A DNA stretch of 64,000 nt, taken from Pristiophorus japonicus. Lineage: Eukaryota. Shown piece by piece: positions 46,185-59,904 of this stretch; the first letter of the stretch is position 1; each line of letters begins with the position of its first letter. The notes under the pieces were generated by a model. The model ran no database searches. It was not told the origin of the DNA and was given only the letters and a program-made list of their open reading frames with translations. Position numbers and translations under genes: made by a program. The stretch lies in NCBI RefSeq assembly GCF_044704955.1, contig NC_091988.1, forward strand, positions 176,452,001-176,516,000, written 5' to 3'.

Positions 46185-47612
46185 GAAAAAACGCAAATGT
46201 AACGCCCCTGTTTAAAAAAGGAGGGAGACAAAAAGCAGGAAACTATAGACCAGTTAGCCTAACATCTGTCATTGGGAAAATGCTAGAGTCCATTATTAAG
46301 GAAGCAGTAGCGGGGCATTTGGAAAAGCATAATTCAATTAAGCAGAGTCAACATGGTTTTATGAAAGGGAATTCGTGTTTGACAAATTTTCTGGAGTTTG
46401 AGGATGTAACGAGCAGCGTGGATAAGGGGGAACCAGTGGATGTGGTGTATTTGGATTTCCAGAAGGCATTTGATAAGGAGCCACATAAAAGGTTACTGCA
46501 CAAGATAAAAGTTCACGGGGTTGGGGGTCATATATTGGCATGGATAGAGAATTGGCTAACTAACAGAAAACAGAGAGTCTGGATAATGAGTCATTTTCCG
46601 GTTGGCAAGCAGTAACGAGCAGGGTGCCGCTGGGATAGGTGCTGGGGCCTCAACTATTTACAATCAATATTAATGACTTGGATGAAGGGACTGAGTGTAA
46701 TGTAGCCAAGTTTGCTGATGATACAAAGATTGGTGGGAAAGCAAATTGTGAGGAGGATACAAAAAATCTCCAAAGGGATATAGACAGGCTCAGTGAGTGG
46801 GCAAAAATTTGGCAAGTGGAGTATAATGTTGGAAAATATGAGGTTATCCACTTTGGCAGAAAAAATAGAAAAGCAAATTATTATTTAAATGGAGAAAAAT
46901 TGCAAAGTGCTGCAGTATAGAGGGACCTGGGGGTACTTGTGTATAAAACACAATAAGTTAGTATGCAGGTACAGTAAGTAATCAGGAAGGCAAATGGAAT
47001 TTTGGCCTTTATTGCAAGGGGGAGAGAGAATAAAAGCAGAGAAGTCTGCTACAAATATACAGGGTATTGGTGAGGCTGCACCTGGAGTACTGCGTACAGT
47101 TTTGATTTCCTTATTTAAGGAAGGATATACTTGCATTGGAGGCTGTACAGAGAAGGTACACTATGTTGATTCCAGAGATGAAGAGGTTGACTTTTAAAGA
47201 TAGGGTGAGCCTATACTCATTGGAGTTTCGAAGAATGAGAGGTGATCTTATCAAAACATATAAGGTAATGAGGGGGCTCGACAAGGTGGATGCAGAGAGG
47301 ATATTTTCACTCATAGGGGAAACTAAAGCTAGGGGGCATAGTCTCAGAATAAGGGGCTGCCCATTTAAAACTGACATGAGGAGGAATTTCTCTGAGGGTT
47401 GTAAATCTATGCAATTCTCTGCCCCAGAGAGCTGTGGAGGCTGGATCATTGAATATATTTAAGGCGGAGATAGACAGATTTTTTGAGTGATAAGGGAATA
47501 AAGGGTTATGGGGAGCGGGCTGAGTCCATGATCAGATCCGCCATTATCTTATTCAATGGCGGAGCAAACTTGAGGGGCCAGGTGGCTTACTCCTGCTCCT
47601 ATTTCTTATGTT
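46185..47612 (+). mobile_element. CR1 RT region and 3' end
   Basis: NYRPVSLT, SQHGFMKG, YLDFQKAFD, FADD, CR1 tail. Confidence 0.9.
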
Positions 47613-47789
47613 ATAATTTTCCTACTGGCTCTAAAAAGTGGGCATTTTCAATCGTTTTTTTTCTGTTTGATGACACTGGAACAACCCAGTGTCTCCTTTA
47701 TAGTTTAAACTTTAAAAAAAGGCATCTGTTGTACTTTGCCATAGCAGACAACTTGGCAAGATAACTTAGTCATCACAGCAACCTCTCCA

Positions 47790-48500
47790 CCTCCAGCTGG
47801 AATTCTATTCGGGGTTTATCTCCAGCTCCAGTTGGAATTCGATCCAGGGTTTAGCTCCCGCTCCGACTGGAACTTTTCCTCTGGTTTGGCTTCCGCTCCG
47901 TAATTCCAGCTCCTGACTTTCCTTCCCATCCGGGGTAGTGTTGCCAGCGCCGTGTCTCCTGCGCTAATGGCTGACCGATTCTGAGGGAACAGGTAGAGCT
48001 GCAGAAACGCTTCTTTTCCGCCTTCTCCCAGCGCCGCTGTCCCCGGCCGTCGGATGCCGGGGGGCTCGGCGGTGCGATCGGGTGCCCGGCCTGCCGAGCG
48101 GTTGCGGTATTTGTGGGGCGGGCGAGCGCCTTGTTGTGCCGTTGCTAGGCCGCTGGTGATGGCGAGGCGGCAGCGGGAGTTCAGGTGAATGCGGGCAACG
48201 GCTGGAGCTCCCGAGGGAGGCGGGGAGAAGGTGCGGCCCGGCGTCGAGTGTCCGGCCCGGGAACTGGGGGAAGAGTGTCCGGGGGAAGAGTGTCCGGCCC
48301 CGGAGTGATGGGGCGAGCCCAGGGGTGATTTTTTTTATTTTTGGGTGTGGGGGGCAGCCGAGGAGTGATTTTTTTTTTTGGAGGGGGTGGGGGCGAGCCC
48401 AGAGAGTGATGGTTGGCGCAAAGCCCAGGAGTGATTTGGGCAGGTGGGGGCGAGCCCAGGAGTGATGGGGAGGAGGAGGGAGAGTGACCGGCTCAGGAGT
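47790..48500 (+). promoter_or_regulatory. KIF3B: CpG island: probable KIF3B promoter and non-coding exon 1 (donor CAG|GTGAAT after 48184)
   Basis: The only CpG-rich stretch upstream of the KIF3B ATG exon that I cannot assign to a repeat; X-box-like GTTGCTAGG at 48141; mammalian KIF3B has a non-coding first exon. Confidence 0.7.
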
Positions 48501-49743
48501 GGGGTGATGTGGAGAAGATGGGGCAACAATTGTATGGCGGTGGAGGGAGGAAGGAGCAGCGAGTGTGTGGCCCTGGAGTGTTGGAGAAGGGCTTGTTATA
48601 GGGGATAAGGCCCAGTGAGTGCATGGCCATTGCTGCCTCCCCCGGGTTATTTACACGATTAAATTGGTTATTTAGTGCAACGCCAGCGCCTGATGGGGCT
48701 GGTTTTGGAGGTTTAAAACACCCGATTCTCAATCAACACTTAGGTGCTTTCTATTTTATTTTTGCAGTGTTGTATTTTATTTTGTAAGGTTTTTAATGTG
48801 CTTTCTTTGTGACATGCTCAGGTTTATCTATAGCTGCCATACTGATTTAAATTACTTTTAAAGGATCTTCCACGGTTACTGGGAGGTTCCGCATTCTGTA
48901 CGGCTGCATAACACAATAGCAGCAAAAGCAATTGCTTTGTGGTGACGATAACTACCACATATCTGATGATCATAGTAAAATGAGGTTTAATGCTTCACTG
49001 AGAACGAGCTCATCTCGGGCACACAGCTGTAAGTGAGTGCAGAATAAGATCTTCAGCTGTAAATCTGTATTTTACTGTGGCACATGCTGCTTATCCCTGT
49101 GGTACTGTAATTGCCTCGGCTTTGGGAAGTAATATCAGCCAGAGGACTGAGAATATATGTGATGATTCCACTGAACTAAAAGAAATACACCCTGTGTACA
49201 CTGGCATAGCTTAGCTAAATCATTGTAGCTGTGTGAGGCTGGATTATACCGCACTCTTTGAAACATTCTCCTGCAGGAGGTCGCGCATAGTGCACTTGAC
49301 AGTCTAGCTTGATTGTTAAAGTTGAATTACAGCCCAAATCTCGAGAGGAATCAACCTGACACTGAAGCAAAGTGGAGGGGTATCACTTTGCTGCGCAATC
49401 AGTTTTAACCTCAACACCTACACAAGTTTAGTATTGATATAAAACTCAAACCATTTCATACAGATGCTAAACACCGGGTTATGCTTCCACCTTTTGTATT
49501 CTATATCCAAACCACTGCATTGATCCAAAGGTTGAAGGCTAATAATCGTTCTTTACATATAATTTTTTAAGCTAGCATGAACATCAACAAAAAGCACTGC
49601 CAATAGAAACTTAGCATTGGCATTAAATGTAGTATATTGCTTCACAAACACTCACTCATTGCATAGATAATATATTGTGTCCTGTAGAATAAACTGCCAA
49701 AATCATGTGTGAGTTATGGTCAGTCTAGTGTGCTGTGTTGACC

Positions 49744-52572
49744 ATAAGAACATAAGAAATAGGAGCAGGAGTCGGCCATTTGGCCCCTCGAGCCTGCTCT
49801 GCCATTCAATAAGATCATGGCTGCTCTGATCCTGGCCTTAACTCCACTTCCCTGGCCGCTCCCCATAACCTTTGAATCCCTTATTCAAAAATCTGTGTAT
49901 CTCCACCTTAAATATATTTGAAGACCCAGCTTCCACAACTCTCTGGAGTAGAGAATTCCAAAGATTCACGACCCTCTGAGAGAAGAAATTCCTCCTCATT
50001 TCTGTTTTAAATGTGTGACCCCTTATTCTGAAACTATGCCCCCTAGTTCTAGATTCCCCTATGAGGGGAAACATTCTCTCTGCATCTACCTTGTCAAGCC
50101 CCCTCAGAATCTTATGTGTTTCAATAAGATCACCTCTCATTCTTCCAAACAATGAGTCCAGGCCCAACCTGCTCAACCTTGCTTCATATGACAACCCCTT
50201 CATCTAGGGAATCAACCTCGTGAACCTTCTCTGAACTGCCTCCAATGCAAGTATATCCTTCCTTAAATAAATAGACCAAAACTGTATGCACTACTCCAAG
50301 TGTGACCTTACCAACACCCTGTACAGTAGGAGCAGGACTTCCTTACTTTTAAAAACATAAGAGCATAAGAAATAGGAGCAGGTGTAGGCCATACAGCCCC
50401 TTTATACTCCATCTATGCAATAAAGGCCAACATTCTGTTTGCCTTCCTGATTACTTGCTTTACCTGCATGCTAACATTTTGCATTTCATGTACAAGAACC
50501 CCCAGATCTCTCTGTACTACAACATTTTGTAAATGCTCCCCATTTAAATAATAATTTGCTTTATTGTTTTTCCTACCAAGGTGGATAACCTCACATTTTT
50601 CCACATTATACTTCATCTGCCAAATGTTTGCCCATTCACTGAGCCTATCTATATCCCTTTGTAGATTCTTTGCACCTCCTCACAACTTGCTTTCCCACCT
50701 ATCTTGGAATCATCAGCAAATTTGGCTACCTTACACTCGGTCCCTTCATCCAAGCCATTAATATAAATTGTAAATCGTTGAGGCCCCAGCACTGATCCCT
50801 GTGGCACCCCACTAGTTAGAGTTTGCCATCCTGAAAATGACCCATTTATCCCAACACTCTGTTTTCTGTTAGTTAGCCAATCCTCTATCCATGCTAATAT
50901 ATTACCCTCAAACCCGTGAGCTCTTATCTTGTGCAGTAAACTTTTATATGGCACCTTATCGAATGCTTTCTGGAAATCCAAATACACAACATTTACTGGT
51001 TCCCTCTTATCCACCCTGCTCGTTACATTCTCAAAGAACTCCAGCATATTTGTCAAACATGATTTCCCTTTCATAAAACCATGCTGGCTCTGCTTGACAG
51101 CATTATGATTTTCTAAATGTCCTGCTACTACTTCCTTAATGATGGATTCCAGCATTTTCCCAACGACAGATGTTAGGCTAACTGGTCTATAGTTTCCTGC
51201 TTTCCGTCTCCCTCCTTTCTTAAATAGGAATTTTCCAGCCCTCTGGGACCTCTCCGGAATTCAGGGCATTTTAGTAGATTACAACCAATGCGTTTATATT
51301 TCTGCAGCCACTTTCTAAGACCTTAGGATGCAGGCCATCAGGTCCAGGGGACCTGTCCGCCTTTAATCCCATTTTGTTTGCCGAGTACTTTATCTCTAGT
51401 GAGAGTGATTTGTTTTAAGTCCCCCCCCTCCCAATAGCTCATTGATTATCAATTATTGGGATGTTTTTAGTGTCTTCTACCGTGAAGACTGATACAAAAT
51501 ATTTGTTCAGAGTCTCTGCCATTTCCCTGTTTTCCATTCCAGGTTGAACCTCCCTTGTCCGGCACCCTCTGGATCTAGCTTGTGCCGAATACGGGATTTT
51601 TCCGGATAAAGGGAGGTCAGCCCGGGGGAAGGCGGGGGGAGGAGGTCGGTGCCCTGGGCGGGCCCCAGTGAGTGTCGGCGGGCCGGATGTCAGCGAGCCA
51701 AGTGTTGGCACAGCCCCAAAGCCGGGGTGGAAGTCGGTCACGTTCTGCGCATGCGCCCCCAGAATCATGCGCCCCTAGAATCATGCGCCCCCAGACAAGG
51801 GGTGGTGCCGGATAAGGGAGTCCCGGTTAAGGGAGGTCCAACCTGTATTAATTCTCCAGTCTCATCCTCTAAGGGACCAACGTTTACTTTCGCTACTCAC
51901 TTCCTTTTATATATCTGTAGAAACTCTTACTATCTGTCTTTATATTTCTTGCTAGTTTACTCTAATATGCTATCTTCTCTGTCTTTATCATTTTTCTAGT
52001 CGTCCTTTGCTCGTTTCTAAAAAATTCCCACTCCTCTGGCCTTCCACTGTTCTTTGCAACATTGTATGCCTTTGTTTTCAATTTGATACCATCCTTTACT
52101 TCCTTAGTTAGCCAGGGATGGTTCATCCTTCTCTTAGCATCTTTTTTTCTCACTGGAATAAATCTTTGCTGAGAGTTATGAAATATCTCCTTAAATGTTT
52201 GCCACTGCTTTTCTACAGTCTTACCCTTTAATATATTTTCCCAGTCTACTTTAACCAACTCTGCCTTCATACCTTTGTAATTACCTAGATTTACGTTCAG
52301 GACACTAGTTTGAGACCCAGCTTTCTCACCCTCAAACTGAATTTGAAATTCTACCATGTTATGATCACTCTTCCCAAGAGGATCCTTCACTACAAGATCA
52401 TTAATCAATCAAGACTCATTACACATTACCAGATCTAAAATAGTCTGCTCCCTGGTTGGTTCCACAATGTATTGTTCCAAGAAACCATCCCGCATACACT
52501 CATGAACTCTTCCTCGAGGCTACCTTTGCCAATTTGATTTGTCCAATCAATATGAAGATTAAAATCGCCCAT
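49744..52572 (-). mobile_element. CR1 LINE (EN-RT-3' end) in KIF3B intron 1
   Basis: PLGKSDHNMVEF, PQGSVLGP, FADD, tail CATAAGAACATAAG; extra ~50-bp CR1 tail inserted at ~50352-50400. Confidence 0.92.
51540..51845. mobile_element. Tc1/mariner-pogo-like MITE (306 bp) inside CR1
   Basis: TIR CAGGTTGAACCTCCCTT / AAGGGAGGTCCAACCTG followed by TA. Confidence 0.8.
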
Positions 52573-54774
52573 AGCCTGTTCAATTTATTTAACACTTGAA
52601 CGTTTTGAACTATTTTTATAGTTTAAAATGATATGAAACTTTTTGTAATATGACTTTTTCATTGTAATTTCATAACATTGGACACTTATTTCCACTGATG
52701 TAAGATGTAGATAATGTATTTACTAGTGCAGTAAGGCAAATAAACACACACTAGTGCAAGGAATTCTCTCATTGCTTACAGCTGTTTCCATAGCAATCAC
52801 CAGTGTAAGGGCACAGAATCCACAAAGCCTCCTTTTTAGTATTTCTCCGTCTTTTATGAGAGCTACATCTTGAAACTTCATGACTCCTTATGAATGGAGC
52901 TCATTTAAGATGTTGATATTTTTGTGTTCTAATTCACTAGGTGTGTTGGCTCCATTTGTTCAGCATAAATGTATGATGCAGCGTGAGAATTTGGTTCTAG
53001 TTCTCTCATTCCTATTCCCTCATGGGTCGGTCTTATTCCTGAGAGTGTAATTAGTATGAATCAAGATTCTCATGTGTAGTACATTGTAGTTCGTTCAGCT
53101 TCTCTTTCCCTCTGTTTTGAAATTAGTTTTGTATTCTCCCAACCCCCTATTGTTAGAGTACAATTGTATGTGACTAGAAATAGTCTTCTATGATCATTTA
53201 AATGATTTAATTTAATGAAATATTTATTTATAATGACCTTCGGGTTTCACTTCTTCAACTTCATCTAGCCAATAAAAAATGTTTTAATCCCATGAGGCTA
53301 GTAGCAATATCTTTGAGGTGAAATTTAATTTTTGTTGGAATAGCTGTGGGATATTTGGCCCCTGGCAGGAAGACTTACGTTTGAATTTAGATTTTTACTG
53401 GTTGATCCAGTAGGCACAACTGCAAATTAAGGGGAGTCCCAGTCTACTTTTCTCTGTGCTGCCTTATTAACTTAATATTGACCCTCTCGGGAAATGGGAT
53501 AATACAACCAATGATATGAATAGAATAATGGAAAACAGTTTTTAAATCCAAATTTGGGTTAGGATACCCTGATGGCTCAGTTTATAAATGCACCACCCAG
53601 TGTGGAACTGAACATTACACACTTGGAAAGTACTGTACCGGGTTCAGATCACAGTTTCTGTTGAGTTAACTAATCTGTGTTGTAGGGATCCAACAGTTGG
53701 TCTCGGTAAGAAAGAGGGTTCCACCTCCTGAGTGCTTATCAGTGGCTTCAGCAAAAGGATGTGTGTATGTATGTGGCTGAAGACAGGTCTGGTCATTGCT
53801 GCATTGCCTCACTCATTCAGTAAACTGCTCACGTATTATGGGGTACAGGTGGGCAGAAGGATTCCTGGAATCATGCCTTAACATGGATCTTTGCCTTCAG
53901 GTCATGAAGGGAGAAATTTGGGTTGGGGAAGGAAGAAAGGATTTTCAGTGAGGTGTATACATCTACCTTATTCTATTTAAAAGTGTAAATGTCTTAAGTG
54001 AATAAATATGTAAAAGCTATCATATGTTCTCTGTTAGTTAATAAATTAAATCCAGATCCCGCTGTCCGTCAAAATGCATTACAATATTGCTGCATTATCA
54101 AATCACATAGTTTAATCTGCAAGAGCTAGGAAAGGGGAGTTGAGATCGATCATCAGCCATGATATTGAATGGCGGAACAAGCTTGAGGGGCCAAATGGCC
54201 TACTCCTGCTCCTATTTCTTATGTTTTTTTTTATTCCCATAAGAGGGAGGTTATAATAAGTTTGTAAACATTTTAGATGCAAGTAGAGGTTTTTGACTTT
54301 TTTTCTGCGGGTTGAGTGATCTGAATCCCTGGAGTAAATTATATCTAGAATTGTGGATGATTGGGAGTGAGTAATATGGGTTAAAATTATTCTAGGGATT
54401 CAAATGACCTCACAAGCCATGGAAAGAAAGCGCAAGATTAAGTAACCAGTTTATACGAGATTTACTTCAGCCACTAAGCAATACTGCAGTGAAATTGCAA
54501 TCTCCTTTACGGAAATGTGGCCAAAATGCCATTAATTTTTAATGCCTGAATTGAACTGTGGACATGAAATAAAACTTTATTAGCTGACATTGTATCCATG
54601 ATGAAAGTAAATTTAAAATCTAATGATATTTTATTGGATAGAATTCATGTTGTCAAGTTTGTGAAAAGATAGACCAATAAACTGGCAATGATAAAACCCT
54701 GGTGTAATGCAACAGAACAAGGATGCAAGGACCTGATCGTTTTGTGAAATTAAGATATTGTTGGAGAAAACTGA

Positions 54775-56455
54775 GTATGGTAACGTAGTGGTTATGTTAC
54801 TGGACTAGTAATGCAGAAAACATGAGTCAAATCATACCATGGCAGTTTGAGAATTTGAATTTAATTTATTTTAAAAATCTGTTGTTGGTAACAGTAACCA
54901 TGAAGCTGCCGGATTGTTGTTAAAAACCCAACTGCTTTCCTGATGTTGTTTAAGAAAAGAAACCTGGCAGCCTTATTCGGTCTGGCTTGTATGTGAATCC
55001 AGTCCCACACTAAATACCCTCTGAAGTGGCCCAGCAAGTCATTGTATCACACTGACAAGCAAGGAATAATCAAACTGGATGCACCACTCAGCTGCCTAGG
55101 TATTGAATCAGGACACAACAAACGCTCACCCAGCCCGGTTGACCCTGCAAAGTCCTCCTTACTAATGTTGGGGGAGAGCTGTGCCACAGACTAGTCAAGC
55201 AACAGCCTGACATAGTCATACTCGCAGAATCATACCTATCGGCCAATGTCCCAGACTCCTCCATCGCACTCCCTGCATATGTCATGTTCAACCAGCAGGA
55301 CAGACCCATAAGAGTTGGGGGCACAGTGGTATACAGTTTGCGGGGGAGCTGGGCGGAGTGTTTTTGGGAATCTTCAACATTGATTCCATGAATTCTCATG
55401 ACTTCAGGTCAAACATGGGCATGGAAACCTCCTGCTGATTACCACCAACCGCCCTCTCTCAGTTGATGAATCGGTAACAGTCAAATCTGAACACATGGAG
55501 GAAGCACTGAGGGTAGCAAGGGCACAGAATATGCTCTGGGTGGGAGACTTCAAGTCTATTACCAGTGGCTTGGTAGTACCACTACTGACCAGACTGGCTG
55601 AGTCCTGAAAGACATAGCTACAAGACTGGGCTTGGTGATGAGAGAACCTAATTGACCTCATCCTCACCAATCAACCTGTTGCACATGCATCTGTCCATGA
55701 AAACATTGGTAGAAGTGACTCCCTCACGGTCCTCGTGGAGACAATGTCCTGTCTTCACACCAAGGTCGCCTTACAATCGTGTTGTATGGCACTACCACTG
55801 TGCTAAGTAGGATAGATTAGGAACACATCTAGTAGCTCAAAACTGGATATCAATTCGGCACTATGGGCCATCAGCAGCAGCAGAATTGTATACCACCACA
55901 ATCTGTAATCTCATGGCCCGACATGGGCTACATGCATGCTATAAATAGATTTAAGTGATCCCACAACCAACAGATCAGGACAAAGCACTGTAACCCTGCC
56001 ACATGTAGTCACACATGGTGGTAGATGTTTAAGCAACTAATGGAAGGAAGAGGTTCCATGAACATCCCTTTCCTCAGGAATGCAAAAGACAAGGCTGAAG
56101 GGTTTGCAACCTTCTTCAGCCAGAAGTATCGAGTGGATGATCCTTCTTGGCATTATCCTGATGTCCCCACCATCACAGATGCCAGTCTAAAGCCAATTCA
56201 ATTCACTCCATGTGAGAGCTGGATGCAGCAAAGGGCCCTGATAACATCCTGGCTGTGGTACTAAAGACCTGTGCTCCAGAACTAGCTGCGCCTCTAGTCA
56301 AAATCCTGGAACTCCCCACTTAGCAGCATTGTGGGAGCACCTTCGCCCCACGGACAGCAGCTGTTTAAGAGTAAGGCACAACTACCTTGTCGAGGGCAAC
56401 TAAGGATGGACAATAAATGCCAGCAATGTACACATCCCAAGAATTAATAAAATAA
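54775..56455 (+). mobile_element. SINE head followed by a heavily deleted LINE (EN remnants plus 3' tail)
   Basis: Same head as 7022; decayed EN motifs (GDF, DL.LTN); tail CAATAAATGCCAGC..CACATCCCAAGAAT. Confidence 0.55.
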
Positions 56456-56984
56456 AAAACCTAGATTTGCTGTGTTGCACAATCTTCAACATAGAGCATG
56501 AATGCTTAATTCAAAATGGAAAAATATTGAACTAGCAGACTTCATCTTTTGGTATGAAATTGGCAAAATAATGCATAAAAGGTTGTAAATTGTACAATAT
56601 TGTTTTAGCTTTACATTTTTGAACATCAAAATTTTTCAGGTGTTGAGTGCAAATATCAGGAATCAATCTTGGAAAGCTTTGGTTTTGCTATTGAATACTG
56701 TTCAAGTTACTGTCTGCAACCTAAATGAATGGCTGGGTAATGCAATCAAGAACACACATCATATTACAAATGACTTTCTGCATTTAACCTTATGTAGCCC
56801 ACCCTTAATGAAGATTTTTAAGATTATTAATTGATTTTGTCAATGTGATATATTACCATTAGTTTGTGTTTAGTAGACTAATTGAGTTTAATAGGAGATC
56901 GATGAATGTTCAATCTCTTTTACAGGTTGGTGGTGCTCACTGGCAAGAACAATTCTTCGCATTTGAATTTCATCATCGCTCACA

Positions 56985-58388
56985 ATGTCAAAGTTAAAAA
57001 GTTCTGAATCGGTTAAGGTGGTTGTGCGGTGTCGACCAATGAACGAGAAGGAAATTGCAGGTGGCTATGGAGTAATTGTTGACATAGATGTAAAACTGGG
57101 TCAGATTTTGGTGAAAAACCCCAGAGGAAGTCCAAGTGAATTACCCAAGACTTTCACATTTGATGCTGTGTATGACTGCAATTCTAAACAAGTAGAACTC
57201 TATGATGAGACCTTTCGGCCTCTTGTGGAATCAGTTCTACTGGGATTTAATGGGACAATTTTTGCCTATGGACAGACTGGAACGGGGAAAACGTACACCA
57301 TGGAGGGACTCCGCACAGACCCTGAAAGGAGAGGTGTCATCCCAAATTCCTTTGAGCACATATTCACACACATCTCTCGTTCACAAAATCAGCAGTACTT
57401 GGTAAGGGCATCGTATCTGGAGATTTACCAAGAGGAAATAAAGGATTTACTAGCAAAAGATCAAACGAAAAGATTGGAGCTAAAGGAGAGGCCAGACACT
57501 GGTGTGTATGTCAAAGACTTGTCTTCTTTTGTGACAAAAAATGTGAAAGAAATTGAACACGTTATGAATGTTGGCAATCAGAATCGGTCCGTAGGTGCCA
57601 CAAACATGAATGAACACAGCTCTCGTTCTCATGCCATCTTTGTTATAACAGTTGAATGCAGTGAAATTGGACTTGACGGAGAGAACCATATCCGTGTCGG
57701 AAAGTTGAATTTAGTCGACCTTGCTGGCAGCGAACGACAAGCTAAAACTGGAGCCCAAGGGGAACGGCTAAAAGAAGCAACAAAGATTAACCTTTCTCTC
57801 TCAGCACTGGGCAATGTGATATCTGCACTTGTGGATGGTAAAAGCACTCACATTCCCTACAGGGATTCCAAGCTAACTCGATTGCTTCAGGACTCATTGG
57901 GAGGGAATGCCAAAACCGTTATGGTGGCAAATATTGGTCCTGCTTCCTATAATTGTGAAGAGACTCTTACAACACTACGATATGCAAATCGGGCCAAGAA
58001 CATTAAGAATAAACCTCGAGTAAATGAAGATCCCAAAGATGCACTTTTGAGAGAGTTCCAGGAGGAGATAGCTCGGCTGAAAGCTCAACTGGAGAAGCGG
58101 GGTGTGGACAAGCGGAAGAAGAAGAATCGAAGGAGGCAGGGGGGTGAAGGAGAGGAGGGAATAGAGGAAGATGACGGAGATGGAGAAGAGGACGAAGAAG
58201 GAATTAAAAATGAACCTGAATACTGGAGGGCACAACAGGAAAAGCTGGAGAGAGAAAAGAAAGCCATTCTAGATGACCACAGTTTAGTGGCGGATGAGAA
58301 ACAGAAGCTGTTGCGTGAAAAGGAGAAAAAGATGGGAGATGTGCGGAGAGAGAGGGAAGCTTCTGAGACCCTTGCTACAAAAATTAAG
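56985..58388 (+). CDS. KIF3B: Kinesin-2 motor subunit KIF3B, first coding exon (exon 56926-58388; 468 codons)
   Basis: [19 protein letters not shown]-loop [19 protein letters not shown], neck/coil with charged linker; near-identical to recalled human KIF3B and lacks the KIF3C loop-11 insert; acceptor TTTACAG|56926; donor AAG|GT at 58388/58389. Confidence 0.96.
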
Positions 58389-59479
58389 GTATAGTGATAA
58401 AGTATTGCATGAATTATTAGTTAACTTGAATCTTCATTGGTAATACTTTAAACCTTGGTTTGTATAGATAACATGAAAACAATTCAGTTAAAATCGAAAA
58501 ACTGTATGAAATGACTTGCTATATTTTACACTGTTGTACATGGTATGATGTTTAACAGTTATCTATGTAGGGTTCAATGCAATCTCTCAAACTCTGAAAG
58601 GAAGATGTTATAACGCTTACCTCTCCCAAGTCATCGGGGAATCGAGAAATGGAGCAAGTATATTGGTTTGAAATGTGTTTCCACTTCCTGTATAAGTAGG
58701 ATATAAGTCAGATAACAAATTCTGATCATTATTTGCTCCGTTTGTTCTACTATAAAGGACTGTACTAATTAAAAGGTAAATGGAACCTTTTGTTGAAAGT
58801 ACCTACCTTTGCAGCTCATAAATAAAGGTTACTTGATCAGGATTGATGCTGTTGTAAGACCTAACCTCTCAGCAGTGAAGTCATTAGTGAGTTTCAAAAG
58901 TGTTTCTTTGTCATTATAAATGCATTCAAATTCTTATTTACTCAATACCTAATGAAAGTGTGTTATATAACATTTGTGTGGATTTAATTTTGATAGTTTT
59001 ATTCCTCTTTTTTCCCCAATCTTTAGAACCAGGGTTGGAAGTGGATGAGTAGATGTGTGACATGACCAGCATAATATGATGTAAAATCCAAAAGATGGCA
59101 CATGGGAAAGGTTTTTTTTTTAGGCTGCCAAATACATTTGTTTTTTTAATACTGATTTTGCACCCACCTTTATGACCAATTGACAAAAATATCTTATTAA
59201 CTATTTTATTTTAATAAATCTTTCTTTTTCAGAATTTACTGTAGTCTTGCAATGATGTCACTTACAAACATTCAAGATTATATATCTTTCCGAAAACACT
59301 AGTTGAAATTGTGGCCTCGCACACAGAAGTCAAACTAAGTGTTGGCTTCAGGTGAAGTGGGGTCAGAGGGCGAAGGGTAATTCAGTGCCCATTTTAAAGC
59401 CTCACATTCTGTCCTCATTTTTATAAATTCCTCTGTCCACATTTATATTGGAAGCTCCCCATATACACCTGTCACTTTA

Positions 59480-59541
59480 TAATTACACCCTCCTGCCAGT
59501 AATAGTGCTGCAGCGCCTCCACTGCCAGGAGGGTGTAATTA
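59480..59541. repeat. Inverted repeat, 21-bp arms with a 20-bp spacer
   Basis: TAATTACACCCTCCTGCCAGT ... ACTGCCAGGAGGGTGTAATTA (1 mismatch). Confidence 0.85.
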
Positions 59542-59904
59542 CAGAGCAAGAAGTTTAGATAGGTAGTTTTTTTTAGATATATGAGCATAGGAATTTATAA
59601 TGGAAAAGTTGACGAAATGCATTCAGACATAAGGGGACCGACTTTCGTCGCTGTCCCGCCCGCAGCCTTCGAGGTCCCACCGAAATGGTCATTTTCTGGG
59701 TGATTGCTCCGGTACCGCCCATCTGCTGTTGAGGTTCTGTCTGGCGGGACCTTGGCATGGAAGGGTTCCGCCCACGTCACATCATCCCGCCCGCTCATGC
59801 CGGATGTCTGTAAATTAACATTTTGATGCTTTTTCCTGGCCTCCTGTCGACCTGCCGCTCGCCAGAAGGACTGCTCTGGAAACGCAGGTCAGAGCTGGGC
59901 GGCA

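Noticed and set aside
58389-58394. KIF3B ending at the ORF stop 58394 (469 aa)
   Set aside because: A GT donor follows AAG at 58388; the stop is intronic and the stalk/tail exons lie outside the window
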